This document shows, piece after piece, positions 1-10,210 of a stretch of DNA of 64,000 bases; positions within the stretch are counted from its first letter, which is position 1; each line of letters opens with the position of its first letter. A program made the position numbers and the translations under genes. The notes under the pieces are model-generated. The model had not been told where the DNA came from. It did no database searches and saw only the letters and a program-made list of their open reading frames with translations. This stretch comes from an uncultured Pseudomonadota bacterium. GTDB taxonomy: Bacteria; Myxococcota_A; Polyangia; Fen-1088. Where the stretch lies: assembly GCA_963847705.1 (NCBI GenBank), contig CAWKBC010000029.1, positions 1 through 64,000 on the forward strand, given 5' to 3'.

Positions 1-1
1 C

Positions 2-2098
2 GCGCTCGAGGCGCTGCTGGCAGGGCAAGCCTATCGCCTCTCCTACTGGGGCGTCGCGGCCGAGGAGATCAACTACCGGCGCTTCTTCGACATCAACGAT
101 CTGGCCGCCATCCGGATCGAGGAGCCGAAGGTGCTGGAGGCGGTGCACGAGAAGGCCTTCCAGCTGTTGCGTGAAGGGAAGGTCACCGGCCTGCGGATCG
201 ATCACGTCGACGGCCTGTTCGACCCGCTCCGCTACCTGGAAGACCTGCAGCGCCCGCGTGACGGCGAGCCCGACGCCGGCGCGACCACCGGGCCCCGACA
301 CCTCTACGTCGTGGTGGAGAAGATCCTGACCGGCGCCGAGGAGCTGCCGATCGAATGGCCGGTCCAGGGGACCACCGGCTACGAGCTCCTCAACGTGGTC
401 AACGGCCTCTACGTCGACGCGCTCGGCCTGCGCCTCATCGAGCGTGGCTATCGCCGGCTCCGGGAGGGGAGCGGCACCTTCGACGATCTCCTCTACCGCG
501 CCAAGAAGCTCATCTTGCGGACGGCGATGTCGAGCGAGCTGCACGTGCTGGCGCGCCGCCTCGATCGGATCTCCGAGCAGCACCGCTGGTCGCGGGACTT
601 CACGGCCAGCAGCCTCCACCAGGCGCTCGGCGAGGTGATCGCCTGCTTTCCGGTCTACCGGACCTACGCCCAGGCCGACACCATCTCCATCAGCGACGGC
701 GATCGGCTGCACGTCCTGCGCGCGGTCCGGGAGGCCAAGCGGCGCAACCGCACCACCAACGAGTCGATCTTCGACTTCCTCTGCGACCTGATGCTGCTTC
801 GCGATCCAGAGGGGCTCTCGGAGACCGAGCGCGCCGAGCGGCGCGAGCTGGTGATGCGCCTGCAGCAGCTGACCGGCCCGGTGATGGCCAAGGGGCTCGA
901 GGACACCGTCTTTTATCGCTACTACCCGCTCGCCTCGCTGAACGAGGTGGGCGGTCGGCCCACCACCGGACCCACCGAGATCGAGCGCTTTCACGTCTTC
1001 TGCGCGCGCCGCTGGGAGCGGTGGCCGCACGCCCTCTCCGCCACCGCCACCCACGACACCAAGCGGGGCGAGGACACGCGGGCCCGGCTGGACGTCCTCT
1101 CCGAGATCCCGCGCGAGTGGATGGAGGCCGTCAAGCGCTGGCAACGGATGAACCGCCGCGCCAAGCCGGTGGTCGACGAGGTGCGCGTCCCCGGCACCAA
1201 CGAAGAGTATCTGCTCTACCAGACGCTGCTCGGCGTCTGGCCGCTCGAGGCGCTCGACCGCCAGCTCTCGGAGGCGGAGCACCAGGCGCTCGAGGAGCGG
1301 GTCAGCGCCTATCTGATGAAGGCCCTCCGGGAAGCGAAGCTCCACACCAGCTGGATCAACGTCAACGAGCCGTACGAGAAGGCCTGCGCCGAGTTTCTCC
1401 GCCACCTGCTCGACCGCAACGGTGCCGAGAACCCGTTCCTCGCCGATCTGCAGCGGTTTCTGCCGCGGGTGGCGCTCCCCGGGATCTACAACTCGCTCGC
1501 CCAGGTGGTCTTGAAGGTCACGGCGCCCGGCGTCCCCGATCTCTACCAGGGGACCGAGCTCTGGGATTTCGCGCTGGTCGATCCCGACAACCGGCGCCCC
1601 GTCGACTACGCGGAGCGCCAGGCACGTCTGGCCGAGCTGGCCCCCCTGGCCGGTGAGGCGCTGCACGCCCGGATCGCCGAGGCCCGCGCGCGGCCGGCCG
1701 ACGGCACGCTGAAGCTGCTGGTGATGATGCGCGCCCTCGCCCACCGGCGTCGCCGTCGCGAGCTCTACGAGGCCGGCGCCTACCTTCCGCTCGTGGCCGA
1801 GGGTCCCCGGGCGCGCCATGTGGTCGCCTTCGCCCGGGTCGCGGGTGACGGACGGGCCGCCATCACCGTGACCGGGCGGTTCTTTGCGACGCGCGAAGGG
1901 GCCGCGCAGACCCCCGCCGATGCGGCGCTCTGGGATGAGACGCGCCTGCGGCTGCCGGCTGAGCTGGTCCGCGGCGCCTATCGGGAGGTCATCAGTGACA
2001 GTGAGGTCACATCCAGCGCCGACCGCAAAACCGGGTTGCCGCTCGGGCGAATCTTCTCCATGCTTCCGGTCGCGATTCTCGAGCCTGGCCGGCCTTGA
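2..2098 (+). CDS. treY: Malto-oligosyltrehalose synthase (GH13), 5'-truncated by window edge
   Basis: Frame is open from base 2 (..YRLSYWGVAAEEINYRRFFDINDL..); motifs GLRIDHVDGL, YVVVEKIL, QQLTGPVMAKGLEDT, THDTKRGED, PGVPDLYQGTELWDFALVDPDNRRPVD. Confidence 0.95.
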   Translation, partial: ALEALLAGQAYRLSYWGVAAEEINYRRFFDINDLAAIRIEEPKVLEAVHEKAFQLLREGKVTGLRIDHVDGLFDPLRYLEDLQRPRDGEPDAGATTGPRHLYVVVEKILTGAEELPIEWPVQGTTGYELLNVVNGLYVDALGLRLIERGYRRLREGSGTFDDLLYRAKKLILRTAMSSELHVLARRLDRISEQHRWSRDFTASSLHQALGEVIACFPVYRTYAQADTISISDGDRLHVLRAVREAKRRNRTTNESIFDFLCDLMLLRDPEGLSETERAERRELVMRLQQLTGPVMAKGLEDTVFYRYYPLASLNEVGGRPTTGPTEIERFHVFCARRWERWPHALSATATHDTKRGEDTRARLDVLSEIPREWMEAVKRWQRMNRRAKPVVDEVRVPGTNEEYLLYQTLLGVWPLEALDRQLSEAEHQALEERVSAYLMKALREAKLHTSWINVNEPYEKACAEFLRHLLDRNGAENPFLADLQRFLPRVALPGIYNSLAQVVLKVTAPGVPDLYQGTELWDFALVDPDNRRPVDYAERQARLAELAPLAGEALHARIAEARARPADGTLKLLVMMRALAHRRRRRELYEAGAYLPLVAEGPRARHVVAFARVAGDGRAAITVTGRFFATREGAAQTPADAALWDETRLRLPAELVRGAYREVISDSEVTSSADRKTGLPLGRIFSMLPVAILEPGRP

Positions 2099-2172
2099 CG
2101 GAGAGACAAAACTACACAGCAATTTGCGTGAACGTGTAGACTGGTCGCTCCCAAAGACCTTTCCTTAGAATC

Positions 2173-2932
2173 ATGAGCCACCTGGAACACGCAGCCAACG
2201 ACAGCGCTCACCGCGGTCGGCACATCTGCCTTCCGTTCGAGACCGAGTCGGAGAAGGAGGCCGCCGTCCTCTCCTTCGTCCATGAGGGGCTGGCCCACGG
2301 CAAGCGCTGCCTGTTCGTGGGGACCCGCGCCGAGTACGAGCAGCTGGGGCTGCATCTGGAAGAGGAAGGGATTCTGCTCGCTTCGGGCCGAATCCCGCGG
2401 CGCGCTCCTCTTCAGCACCAAGGAAGACGAGTATCTGACGAACGGCGTCTTCGACCCGAGCGCGGTGCTGGCCAAGATCGACCGCTACCTCAAAGAAGCC
2501 CTGGCCGACGGGTTCACGGGGCTCTGCGCGACGGGCGAGTTGATGAACGTCCCCTCCGACGAGCTCTGGCGGCAGATCGTCTGGTACGAGGCCCAGATCA
2601 ACGAGAACTTCACCCGCCTGCCCTTCACCGGCCTCTGCCGCTATCCGCGGACGGTGGTGCCGGCGAACCGGGTTCAGGACGTCCTGCGCACCCACCCGAT
2701 CGCGGTCGTGCGCGGGGAGACCTGCGACAACCCCTTCTACGAGCGCCCTGCGCTGGCGCTCTCCGACGACTCCCAGGCCCGGCTCGACTGGCAGCTCCGC
2801 CAGCTGCGGGTCCAGAACCGGGTCCAGCGCCGGCTCGAGGACAAGACCACCTCCGCCGTGACGGCCGCCGTCGCCCTGGCCGCCGAGCTCGAGACCCTCC
2901 GCTCCTCCATTCGCGACGGCGACAGGACCTAG
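2173..2932 (+). CDS. MEDS (DcmR-like sensory) domain protein with C-terminal coiled coil; +1 frameshift near 2372
   Basis: N-part HICLPFETESEKEAAVLSFVHEGLAHGKRCLFV (frame of 2173) continues as YLTNGVFDPSAVL..GLCATGEL..YEAQIN..LCRYPR..DVLRTHP..NPFY (frame of 2282) if one T is removed from GATTCTG at 2370-2376. Confidence 0.8.
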
Positions 2933-3021
2933 GTGACACGGTCGGGGACCCTCGAGGGGTCGCGCCCCTGGATCGCGTGACAGTTGCCATCTGGCCTCAG
3001 CCGGGATATGGCCTCTAGGAA

Positions 3022-4101
3022 ATGCATATTCTCGTAAATACCGGGGGAGGCGACGCCCCGGGGCTCAACGCCGTCATTCGAGCCGTGACCCTGTCGGGGC
3101 TCCGCCGGGGCTGGAAGGTCACAGGCATCCGCCGCGGCTACCACGGCCTCTTGGAAGCGCCCGAGGTCGGGCTCGTCGAGCTGACCCGCGACAAGGTGCG
3201 CGGCATCGCCCACCTGGGCGGGACCATCCTCGGAACCGTCAACAAGGGACACCCGTTCGAGTTCATCACCGAGAAGGACGGCAAGAAGACGACCATCGAC
3301 GTCTCGGACGAGATCATGCGCCGCTATCGGGAGATCGGCGCCGACGCGGTGATCGCCATCGGCGGCGACGGCGCGTTCCGGATCGCCACCCGCTTCATCG
3401 CCAAAGGGATGCCCATCGTCGGCGTCCCCAAGACCATCGACAACGACCTCTCTTGTACCCAGGCGACCTTCGGGTTCGACACCGCGGTGACGGTGGCGAC
3501 CGAGGCCATCGACCGCCTGCACAGCACCGCCGAGTCACACGAGCGGATCATGGTCGTCGAGGTGATGGGGCGTTACGCCGGCTGGATCGCCATGCACGCC
3601 GGCGTGGCCGGCAACGCGCACGTCATCCTGCTCCCCGAGATCCCGTACGACATGGACCGCGTCGTCGATCGGATCAAGAAGCGCTACGCCTCCGGGCGGC
3701 GCTACTGCATCGTGGTCGTGGCGGAAGGGGCCATCCCCAAGGGGGGCGAGCTGAGCACCATCGGCACCGAGCTCGGGCGCGAGGTGCGCCTCGGTGGCCT
3801 GGCCGAGAAGATCGGTCACTACCTGGGGGAGAAGACCGGGTTCGAGTCGCGCTCGCTGGTGCTCGGACACCTCCAGCGCGGCGGCAGCCCCACCCACCGC
3901 GATCGACTGCTGGCGCTCCGTTTCGGCGCCGCCGCGGTGCGGATGGTCGAACAGGGGAAGTTCGGCCACATCGTCGCCTACCAACCGCCGCACATGGTGC
4001 CGGTTCTGATGGAGGAAGCGATCGCCGTGATGAAGACGGTCCCGCTCGACTCTGACACCGTTCAGACCGCGCGCGATCTCGGAATCTGCCTGGGCGACTA
4101 G
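3022..4101 (+). CDS. pfkA: 6-phosphofructokinase (PfkA family, group III-like; GGDG + PKTIDND)
   Basis: TGGGDAPGLNAVIR, GGTILGT, IGGDG, VPKTIDND, EVMGRYAGWIA, LGHLQRGG motifs. Confidence 0.93.
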   Translation: MHILVNTGGGDAPGLNAVIRAVTLSGLRRGWKVTGIRRGYHGLLEAPEVGLVELTRDKVRGIAHLGGTILGTVNKGHPFEFITEKDGKKTTIDVSDEIMRRYREIGADAVIAIGGDGAFRIATRFIAKGMPIVGVPKTIDNDLSCTQATFGFDTAVTVATEAIDRLHSTAESHERIMVVEVMGRYAGWIAMHAGVAGNAHVILLPEIPYDMDRVVDRIKKRYASGRRYCIVVVAEGAIPKGGELSTIGTELGREVRLGGLAEKIGHYLGEKTGFESRSLVLGHLQRGGSPTHRDRLLALRFGAAAVRMVEQGKFGHIVAYQPPHMVPVLMEEAIAVMKTVPLDSDTVQTARDLGICLGD

Positions 4102-4201
4102 CGGCGCCCAAAGGCCGACGCGCCCTCCCCCGCGCGAGCTCAGCCGCGTCTGTTCACAAACCAGGAAGCTGGGGTATCATCGCGCGGTCATACCTCCGCC
4201 C

Positions 4202-5947
4202 ATGAGCCCGCAAGAGGATCAAGACCCGGCCCCGCAGCGTCTCGACCCCTTGCCGGGCCGGGTGATCGGGGGGAACTTCCGGATCGACGGCCTCATCGGC
4301 AGCGGCGCGATGGGCAACGTCTACAAGGCCGAGCAGCTCTCGCTCGCCAAGCAGGTCGCCATCAAGGTGCTGCACCCGCATCTCATGGGCGACGAGAAGC
4401 TGGTCGGGCGGTTCAAGCGCGAGGCGAAGAGCGCGTCGCTGTTGAATCACCCCAACTCGATCCAGATCATCGACTCGGGGCAGGACCGCGACGGGACGCT
4501 CTACATCGCGATGGAGCTCCTCACCGGGCGCGATCTGGCGCAGGTGATCCGCGACGACTTCCCGCTGCCACTGCCGCGCGTGGTGCGGATCCTCTCGCAG
4601 GTCCTGTCAGCGCTCGAGGAAGCGCACGCGCAGCGGGTCATCCACCGCGATCTCAAGCCCAGCAACATCATGCTGATTCAGCGGCGGGACGAGAAGGACT
4701 TCGTCAAGGTGTGCGACTTCGGCATCGCCAAGGCGACGCTCAGTGAGGCGGACGACCGCGCGGCGATGCTGACCATCCAGGGCCTCGTCTGCGGCACGCC
4801 GGAGTACATGGCGCCCGAGCAGGCGCGCGCCGAGCAGCTCGATGGCCGCGCCGATCTCTACGCCGCCGCCGTGATCCTCTACCAGATGGTCACCGGCGAC
4901 ATCCCGTTCCGGGCCGACTCCCCCATGGCGATCGTCAGCCGCCACCTGGTCGAGGCCCCGACGCCTCCCAGCAAACGGCGGCCCGACCTGCGGCTCCCCA
5001 AGATCATCGACGACATCGTCTTGCGGGGGCTGGAGAAGGAGCGCGAGATGCGCTACCCGACGGCGGTCGCCTTTCGCGAGGTGCTGGAGGGGGTCCTCGG
5101 CGCGACCAGCGGGCCGGCCACGCCGGTGCTCCCCAGCGCCCGCGCCGCGCAGCCGACGGTGCGCGACATCTCGGGCCACGATCTGACCATGCAGGCCGAC
5201 ACCGGGACGATCCCGGCGCAGTCGCCGTCGCAGCGATTCGGCACCACCACCAACCTGACGGGGCGGCCCAAGGCGCAGACGCCGATCCTCGTGGCGGGCT
5301 TGCTCGCGCTGGCGGGCGTCTCCATCGCCGCGGCGATCTACACCGTCCACGCCCGCAAGCAGATGCAGCAAACCGAAGAGGCCAACATCGCGGCCATCGA
5401 AGCCGCGCGCGCCACGCCGCTTCCCTCGATGGCGGCGGCCGCGAAGCACCCCGCGCCGCCGCCCACCACCGAACCTTCGCTACCCGCGCCCCCGGCGGCC
5501 GGGCCCGCTCCGCCGGCCCTGGCCGTCGCGGCCGAGGCGCCGCCCGCCGCCGGACACGAAGCCGCGTCGCACGAGCGTGGCAAGCACCACCACCCCCCCG
5601 CCCCGGCGATGAAACCGATCGCGCTGGCCACCGCGCCGGCGACGACGGTCCCGGCCGCAGCGCCCCTGGTCGCGCCGCCCCCCGCGCCCGCGCCTCCGCC
5701 GCGCGGCGCGATCGAGGTGCTGGCCGAGGCCGACAAGCTGCTCGGCCAGGGCGAGGTCGCCGACGCCTGCAGCCACGGGGAAGAGGCCAAGCGTCTGAGC
5801 CCGAAGCTCCCCGCCGTCTACAAGTTCCTCGGCAAATGCTACATGCGGGCCGGCCGCGCGCCGCAAGCCAACGACAACTACAAGAAGTACCTCGAGCTGG
5901 CTCCCAACGCCTCCGACGCCCCGTTCGTCAAGAGCATGATCAAGTGA
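4202..5947 (+). CDS. Membrane-anchored Hanks-type Ser/Thr protein kinase with Pro/Ala linker and C-terminal TPR
   Basis: GSGAMGNVY, VAIK, HRDLKPSN, DFG, GTPEYMAPE; one TM segment (ILVAGLLALAGVSIAAAIY); TPR-like end (YKFLGKCYMRAG..YKKYLELAPNA). Confidence 0.92.
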   Translation: MSPQEDQDPAPQRLDPLPGRVIGGNFRIDGLIGSGAMGNVYKAEQLSLAKQVAIKVLHPHLMGDEKLVGRFKREAKSASLLNHPNSIQIIDSGQDRDGTLYIAMELLTGRDLAQVIRDDFPLPLPRVVRILSQVLSALEEAHAQRVIHRDLKPSNIMLIQRRDEKDFVKVCDFGIAKATLSEADDRAAMLTIQGLVCGTPEYMAPEQARAEQLDGRADLYAAAVILYQMVTGDIPFRADSPMAIVSRHLVEAPTPPSKRRPDLRLPKIIDDIVLRGLEKEREMRYPTAVAFREVLEGVLGATSGPATPVLPSARAAQPTVRDISGHDLTMQADTGTIPAQSPSQRFGTTTNLTGRPKAQTPILVAGLLALAGVSIAAAIYTVHARKQMQQTEEANIAAIEAARATPLPSMAAAAKHPAPPPTTEPSLPAPPAAGPAPPALAVAAEAPPAAGHEAASHERGKHHHPPAPAMKPIALATAPATTVPAAAPLVAPPPAPAPPPRGAIEVLAEADKLLGQGEVADACSHGEEAKRLSPKLPAVYKFLGKCYMRAGRAPQANDNYKKYLELAPNASDAPFVKSMIK

Positions 5948-7389
5948 TCCCCCGCCGCTCACTGGCTCGCGCGGGGCTGCTGGGGATCGCGTTTCTGGCC
6001 GGCTGCAAGGTCGACCAGGCCGCCTTCGACAACCGCATCTTCGCTTGCGACCCTTCCGCCAAGGATCCGGGCTGCGGCACCACGTCCAACGGCGATCCGA
6101 TGGTCTGCTACCCGGCCAGCCTGCTCGACGGCACCGACTACTGTGCCCCCTCTTGCCCCGCCCCGGGGATGTCGCCCGACGGCGAGAATCAGTGCGTCGA
6201 AGGGGGCGCCGAGCTCGCCTTTTGCAAACCATCGGTGCCGAACAGTTGCGGGCAGAGCGCGCTCGGCTGCCTGCGCACGGACGTCACGACCGACGAGGGG
6301 GTCTGCACCACCATGCCCCCCTGCACCGAAGACAAGGACTGCACCGATCCCGTCCGCTCCACCTGCGCGGCCACCTTTCTCACGCAGCTCTACGCCAACG
6401 CCTCGAACCCGGCGATCGCGGCGAACGATCCGACCGCCCCGACGCTCTCGGCCGATCACCTCTACTGTCTGCAGAAGAACTGCCAGAGCGGCCAGTCGTC
6501 CTGCTCGCCCGGACAGTCGTGCCTGCCTCTGCTGGTCCCCGCCGGCGCGCACGCCCCCGACATCTGCGTCCCCAACTGCGACTCGCAGGGCAACTGCCCG
6601 CCGAACCATACCTGCTTCCAGAAGATCTCGGGGCCAGCCAACCCCGCCATCTGCATCCCAGGGCTCCTGGGGTTCATCTGCGCGACGGACATCAACTGTC
6701 TGGTTGGCAGCTGTCTGAGCGACGGAGATCCCACCCCCACCGAGGGCCTCAAGCTCTGCACGATCGCCTGCAACAGCGACACGGATTGCTCGGTGTTCGA
6801 CAGCCAGCAGGGGATCTTCTCCTGCATCGGCGGCCACTGCGAGACCCCCAACGCCTACCGGGGCAACTCTTGCCACACCGACGACGACTGCACGCGCGAC
6901 GTCGGCACCGTCTGCGTGTTCCAATCACCGCCGGAAAAAGCCACCGACCTCGGAAACTGTCTGCGCCCGTGCACGACGACGGCCGGCGCGCCGCCCGACT
7001 GCAGCCCGCGCGCCGGGCTCGGACAGACCTGCCTGCCTTTCTACACGCCGGGAGGCGCGGAGGCGACCGCCTGCTACCCAGGTTTCTTCCCCTACCCCTG
7101 CAACACCGACGCGAACTGCGTCGGCAACGGCGCCCTCACCTGCCGCGGGGCGAAGGCCGGGGTCCCCGGCTCGGGCAACTGCACGACCCTCTGCCAGACC
7201 GACACCGACTGCAACGCGAATCGGTGGACGGCCGGGCAGTCGTACTGCGCCTCCCTGGGCGTCTGCGCCCCGCTGCTGGTCGGAGGAGAGGCCTGCCAGA
7301 CCAACAATCAGTGCGCGTCCAAGGTCTGTTCGACGACGCCCGACGGCGGAGCCTCATCCGCTGGAACCTGCGCGGGAGCGGCCGAGTGA
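5944..7389 (+). CDS. Cysteine-rich surface lipoprotein
   Basis: GTG overlaps the kinase stop (GTGA); signal peptide with lipobox FLAGC; many CxxDxDC-type disulfide repeats. Confidence 0.8.
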   Translation: MIPRRSLARAGLLGIAFLAGCKVDQAAFDNRIFACDPSAKDPGCGTTSNGDPMVCYPASLLDGTDYCAPSCPAPGMSPDGENQCVEGGAELAFCKPSVPNSCGQSALGCLRTDVTTDEGVCTTMPPCTEDKDCTDPVRSTCAATFLTQLYANASNPAIAANDPTAPTLSADHLYCLQKNCQSGQSSCSPGQSCLPLLVPAGAHAPDICVPNCDSQGNCPPNHTCFQKISGPANPAICIPGLLGFICATDINCLVGSCLSDGDPTPTEGLKLCTIACNSDTDCSVFDSQQGIFSCIGGHCETPNAYRGNSCHTDDDCTRDVGTVCVFQSPPEKATDLGNCLRPCTTTAGAPPDCSPRAGLGQTCLPFYTPGGAEATACYPGFFPYPCNTDANCVGNGALTCRGAKAGVPGSGNCTTLCQTDTDCNANRWTAGQSYCASLGVCAPLLVGGEACQTNNQCASKVCSTTPDGGASSAGTCAGAAE

Positions 7390-8367
7390 CCGCCGTCCGG
7401 GCGGGTCTCACCGTGGTCGCGTTGGCCGCCGCGCTCGGCGCCACGCCCCGCCCTGCCCAGGCCGGTGAGAAGATCGCCGTGCTGGTGCTGGGGTCCTCCG
7501 AGAAGGAGGCCGAGCTGGCCGACAACCTCACCGAGGTCCTCATCGCCTACGTCGCGCAACACGGAGGCTTCGAGATCGCCGGCAAGGAGGAGTTTCGCGC
7601 GCGGCTCGGCGTCGAGAACGAAAAGCGGGCCCAGAGCTGCCTGGACGACATCTCCTGCCTCGGACGCGCGGGCGTCTCGCTCGGCGTGCGCCGGATCGTC
7701 GCCGGGACCGTCGGGACGCGGGGCAAGCAGTTCCTCTTCAACTTGAACCTCGACAACGTCGAGGACGGCAAGGTCGAGAGCCGCGTCTTCCGCCTGGTCG
7801 AAGGAGGGGTCGAGGATTCTGATCCGGGCCGTTCAAGAAGCCTCGGGCGAGCTCTTCCGGCCCCACGTCGAGCCCGGGAAGATCCAGGTCGCCAGCGAGC
7901 CCGACGGCGCCCGCGTCTCGATCGACAATGCCTACCTGGGCGTCACGCCGCTCATCTCGGGGACGCTGCTGGCCGGCAAGCACGCGGTCCGGGTGGAGGC
8001 CGACGGCCGCTTCCCCTGGGCGTCGCGGGTCGAGGTTCTGCCGGGGCAAGAGCTGCAGATCCGACTCAGCTCCGTCAACCTGCCCCGGCGGCGGGCCTGG
8101 CCCCCCTACGCCGCCTACGGCGCGGCGATCGCGGCCGGCGCCGCTCTGGCCGCGGGCGGGTTCCTGGGCGAGCTGTCGCAGCTTCAGCCGAACGGCTCGA
8201 CCCGGGCGGCGGCGGACGACGATCTCGAGCAGAAGCGCCACTTCGCGCTGGCGGCCAACATCTCGTTCGGTGCCGCCGCGCTCTTCGGCGCGGTCTCCCT
8301 CTACTACTTCATTCGCTACCACGACGACATCTTCGGACGTGCCGAGCATTACGACGATAGCCCGTGA
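7386..8367 (+). CDS. Exported PEGA-domain protein; +1 frameshift near 7817
   Basis: GTGA overlap with upstream stop; signal peptide; removing one T in GATTCTG (7815-7821) joins ..EGGVED to LIRAVQEASGELF..IQVASEPDGARVSIDNAYLGVTPL (PEGA) and two C-terminal hydrophobic helices. Confidence 0.8.
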
Positions 8368-8509
8368 TCTTCCCTAGGGGCTGGACGCCGTGGGTTGAAG
8401 TGGTTACGTAAGGATCAAGGGCCAGGGGTCGGACGCTACCGGATCGTAACAGGGGCGGTTGAGGCGGGCTCTAACTGCCGGCAACTCTTGGTATAGCGGT
8501 TCGAGGTTG

Positions 8510-8524
8510 TGGCACGAGGCTTGC
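8510..8524 (+). promoter_or_regulatory. Sigma-54 (-24/-12) promoter upstream of rpoH-like gene
   Basis: TGGCACG-AGGC-TTGC exactly matches the TGGCACG-N4-TTGC consensus. Confidence 0.7.
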
Positions 8525-8525
8525 G

Positions 8526-9701
8526 ATGATGTGCCGCATGCTCAGCATCGCAACCTCATCTTCGAAGCGCGCCACAGCCCGCCGCCGGCGTCAGCCTGAC
8601 TCCGCGGAAACGCAAGCTCCCGAGACCCTCGACGAGGGCAAGGAGCAGGGCCGTCACCTCAAATCGGTCGACGCCGAGGACCCGGAGACGGAGCCGTCGG
8701 ACGCCGAGTCGGAAGTGGAGGTGGGGGCCAGCGCCTCGGCCCCGGACGTGGCCGGGCTTCCCATCGACGCCGGCCCCGACCAGGACGGTGGCGCCGCGCC
8801 GACCTCGGCGGCTGCGGCGGGGTTGGAAACGACCCCCACCGACTACTCGACCATAGGGGCCTACCTGCACGAGCTGCGGCGCTACCCGCTCATGACCCGC
8901 GAAGAGGAGCATGAGGTCGCCGTCCAGTTCTCGAAGACGGCCGAGCAGCGCCTGGCGGCGCGTCTCATCACCGCCAACCTGCGCCTGGTCGTGAAGATCG
9001 CGCAGGAGTACCGGCGCGCCCACCGCAACATTCTCGACCTGATTCAGGAAGGGAACATCGGCCTCATCCACGCCGTGCAAAAGTACGATCCGTACCGCGG
9101 CGTGAAGCTCTCCTCGTACGCCTCCTGGTGGATCCGGGCGTACATCTTGAAGTTCATCCTGGCCAACTGGCGGCTGGTGAAGGTGGGGACCACCCAGGCG
9201 CAGCGAAAGCTCTTCTTCAATCTCCGCAAGGAGCGCGAGAAGCTGGAGAAGCAGGGGTTCGAGGTGGAGGCCAAGCACCTGGCGGCGGCCCTCGACGTCA
9301 CCGAGCAAGAGGTGATCGAGATGGAGCGCCGGCTCAACGCCTCCGAGACGTCGCTCGACGCCCCGATGCGCTCCGACGAGCAGGGGGACCGGACGCAGGG
9401 GGACTTCGTGCGGGCCGCCCCGTCGTCGCGCCCGGATCTGCAGGTGGAGGCCGGCGAGTTCGGCTCCATCCTGCGCGACAAGCTGCACGAGTTCGGCGCC
9501 ACGCTGCGCGACCGCGACCTGGAGATCTTCCGCGACCGCCTGCTCAACGACGAGCCGGCGACGCTGGTCCAGATCGCCGAGCGCTTCGGCGTGACCCGCG
9601 AGCGGGTCCGTCAGATCGAGGAGCGCCTCAAGAAGCGGCTCCGGCAGTACCTGATGTCCGAGCTCGGCGACGGCGTCCAGATCGACGACGCGCTGGATTG
9701 A
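8526..9701 (+). CDS. rpoH: RNA polymerase sigma factor, sigma-32/RpoH family, with acidic N-terminal extension (start may be ATG 8538)
   Basis: [30 protein letters not shown], RpoH box [18 protein letters not shown], region 4 [11 protein letters not shown]. Confidence 0.88.
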   Translation: MMCRMLSIATSSSKRATARRRRQPDSAETQAPETLDEGKEQGRHLKSVDAEDPETEPSDAESEVEVGASASAPDVAGLPIDAGPDQDGGAAPTSAAAAGLETTPTDYSTIGAYLHELRRYPLMTREEEHEVAVQFSKTAEQRLAARLITANLRLVVKIAQEYRRAHRNILDLIQEGNIGLIHAVQKYDPYRGVKLSSYASWWIRAYILKFILANWRLVKVGTTQAQRKLFFNLRKEREKLEKQGFEVEAKHLAAALDVTEQEVIEMERRLNASETSLDAPMRSDEQGDRTQGDFVRAAPSSRPDLQVEAGEFGSILRDKLHEFGATLRDRDLEIFRDRLLNDEPATLVQIAERFGVTRERVRQIEERLKKRLRQYLMSELGDGVQIDDALD

Positions 9702-9752
9702 CCCGGAGCGGACCGGCCGCCCGCTCGGAGATTCGAGCGGAGTGGCCGGCGC

Positions 9753-10208
9753 TTACTGCGAGATCATCAGCGGGCAGTTCGTCGTGTTGAAGGCGTTCAA
9801 CGTGATGCTGCCCGTCTGGGTGATCTCGTCGCTCGCCGTCAGCGTGGTGGCGCTCGACGTACACTGGTTGCCGGACGACGGGGGAACATCGTAGTAGCCG
9901 TTGAACGTGAAGGTGATCGGCCCCGAATCCGCGAAGGTCGAGTACTCGAACGTGCCGAGATCGGGGAAGTTGGTGGTCGGCGGACAGACTTGCTTTTGCG
10001 AGTCGATGCCCGGGAAGGTGAGCGTCTCGGAGGCCGCACCCGACACTTCAACCAGACAGAGCTTCATCACGCTGGCCTGGTTCTCGGTGACCGGGGTCAT
10101 GAACGTCACGTCGATGTCGTAGTAGTGGTAGGTGTTACATCCGCCGGCGAGCCCCCCCAGAACGACGGCCAGCAACGGCATGGTGCGCAAGAATCGAAAG
10201 AGCTTCAT
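9753..10208 (-). CDS. Hypothetical lipoprotein (beta-rich, four Cys after the lipobox Cys)
   Basis: MKLFRFLRTMPLLAVVLGGLAGGC signal/lipobox; starts 2 nt after the upstream gene's stop. Confidence 0.75.
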   Translation of the reverse strand: MKLFRFLRTMPLLAVVLGGLAGGCNTYHYYDIDVTFMTPVTENQASVMKLCLVEVSGAASETLTFPGIDSQKQVCPPTTNFPDLGTFEYSTFADSGPITFTFNGYYDVPPSSGNQCTSSATTLTASDEITQTGSITLNAFNTTNCPLMISQ

Positions 10209-10210
10209 CG

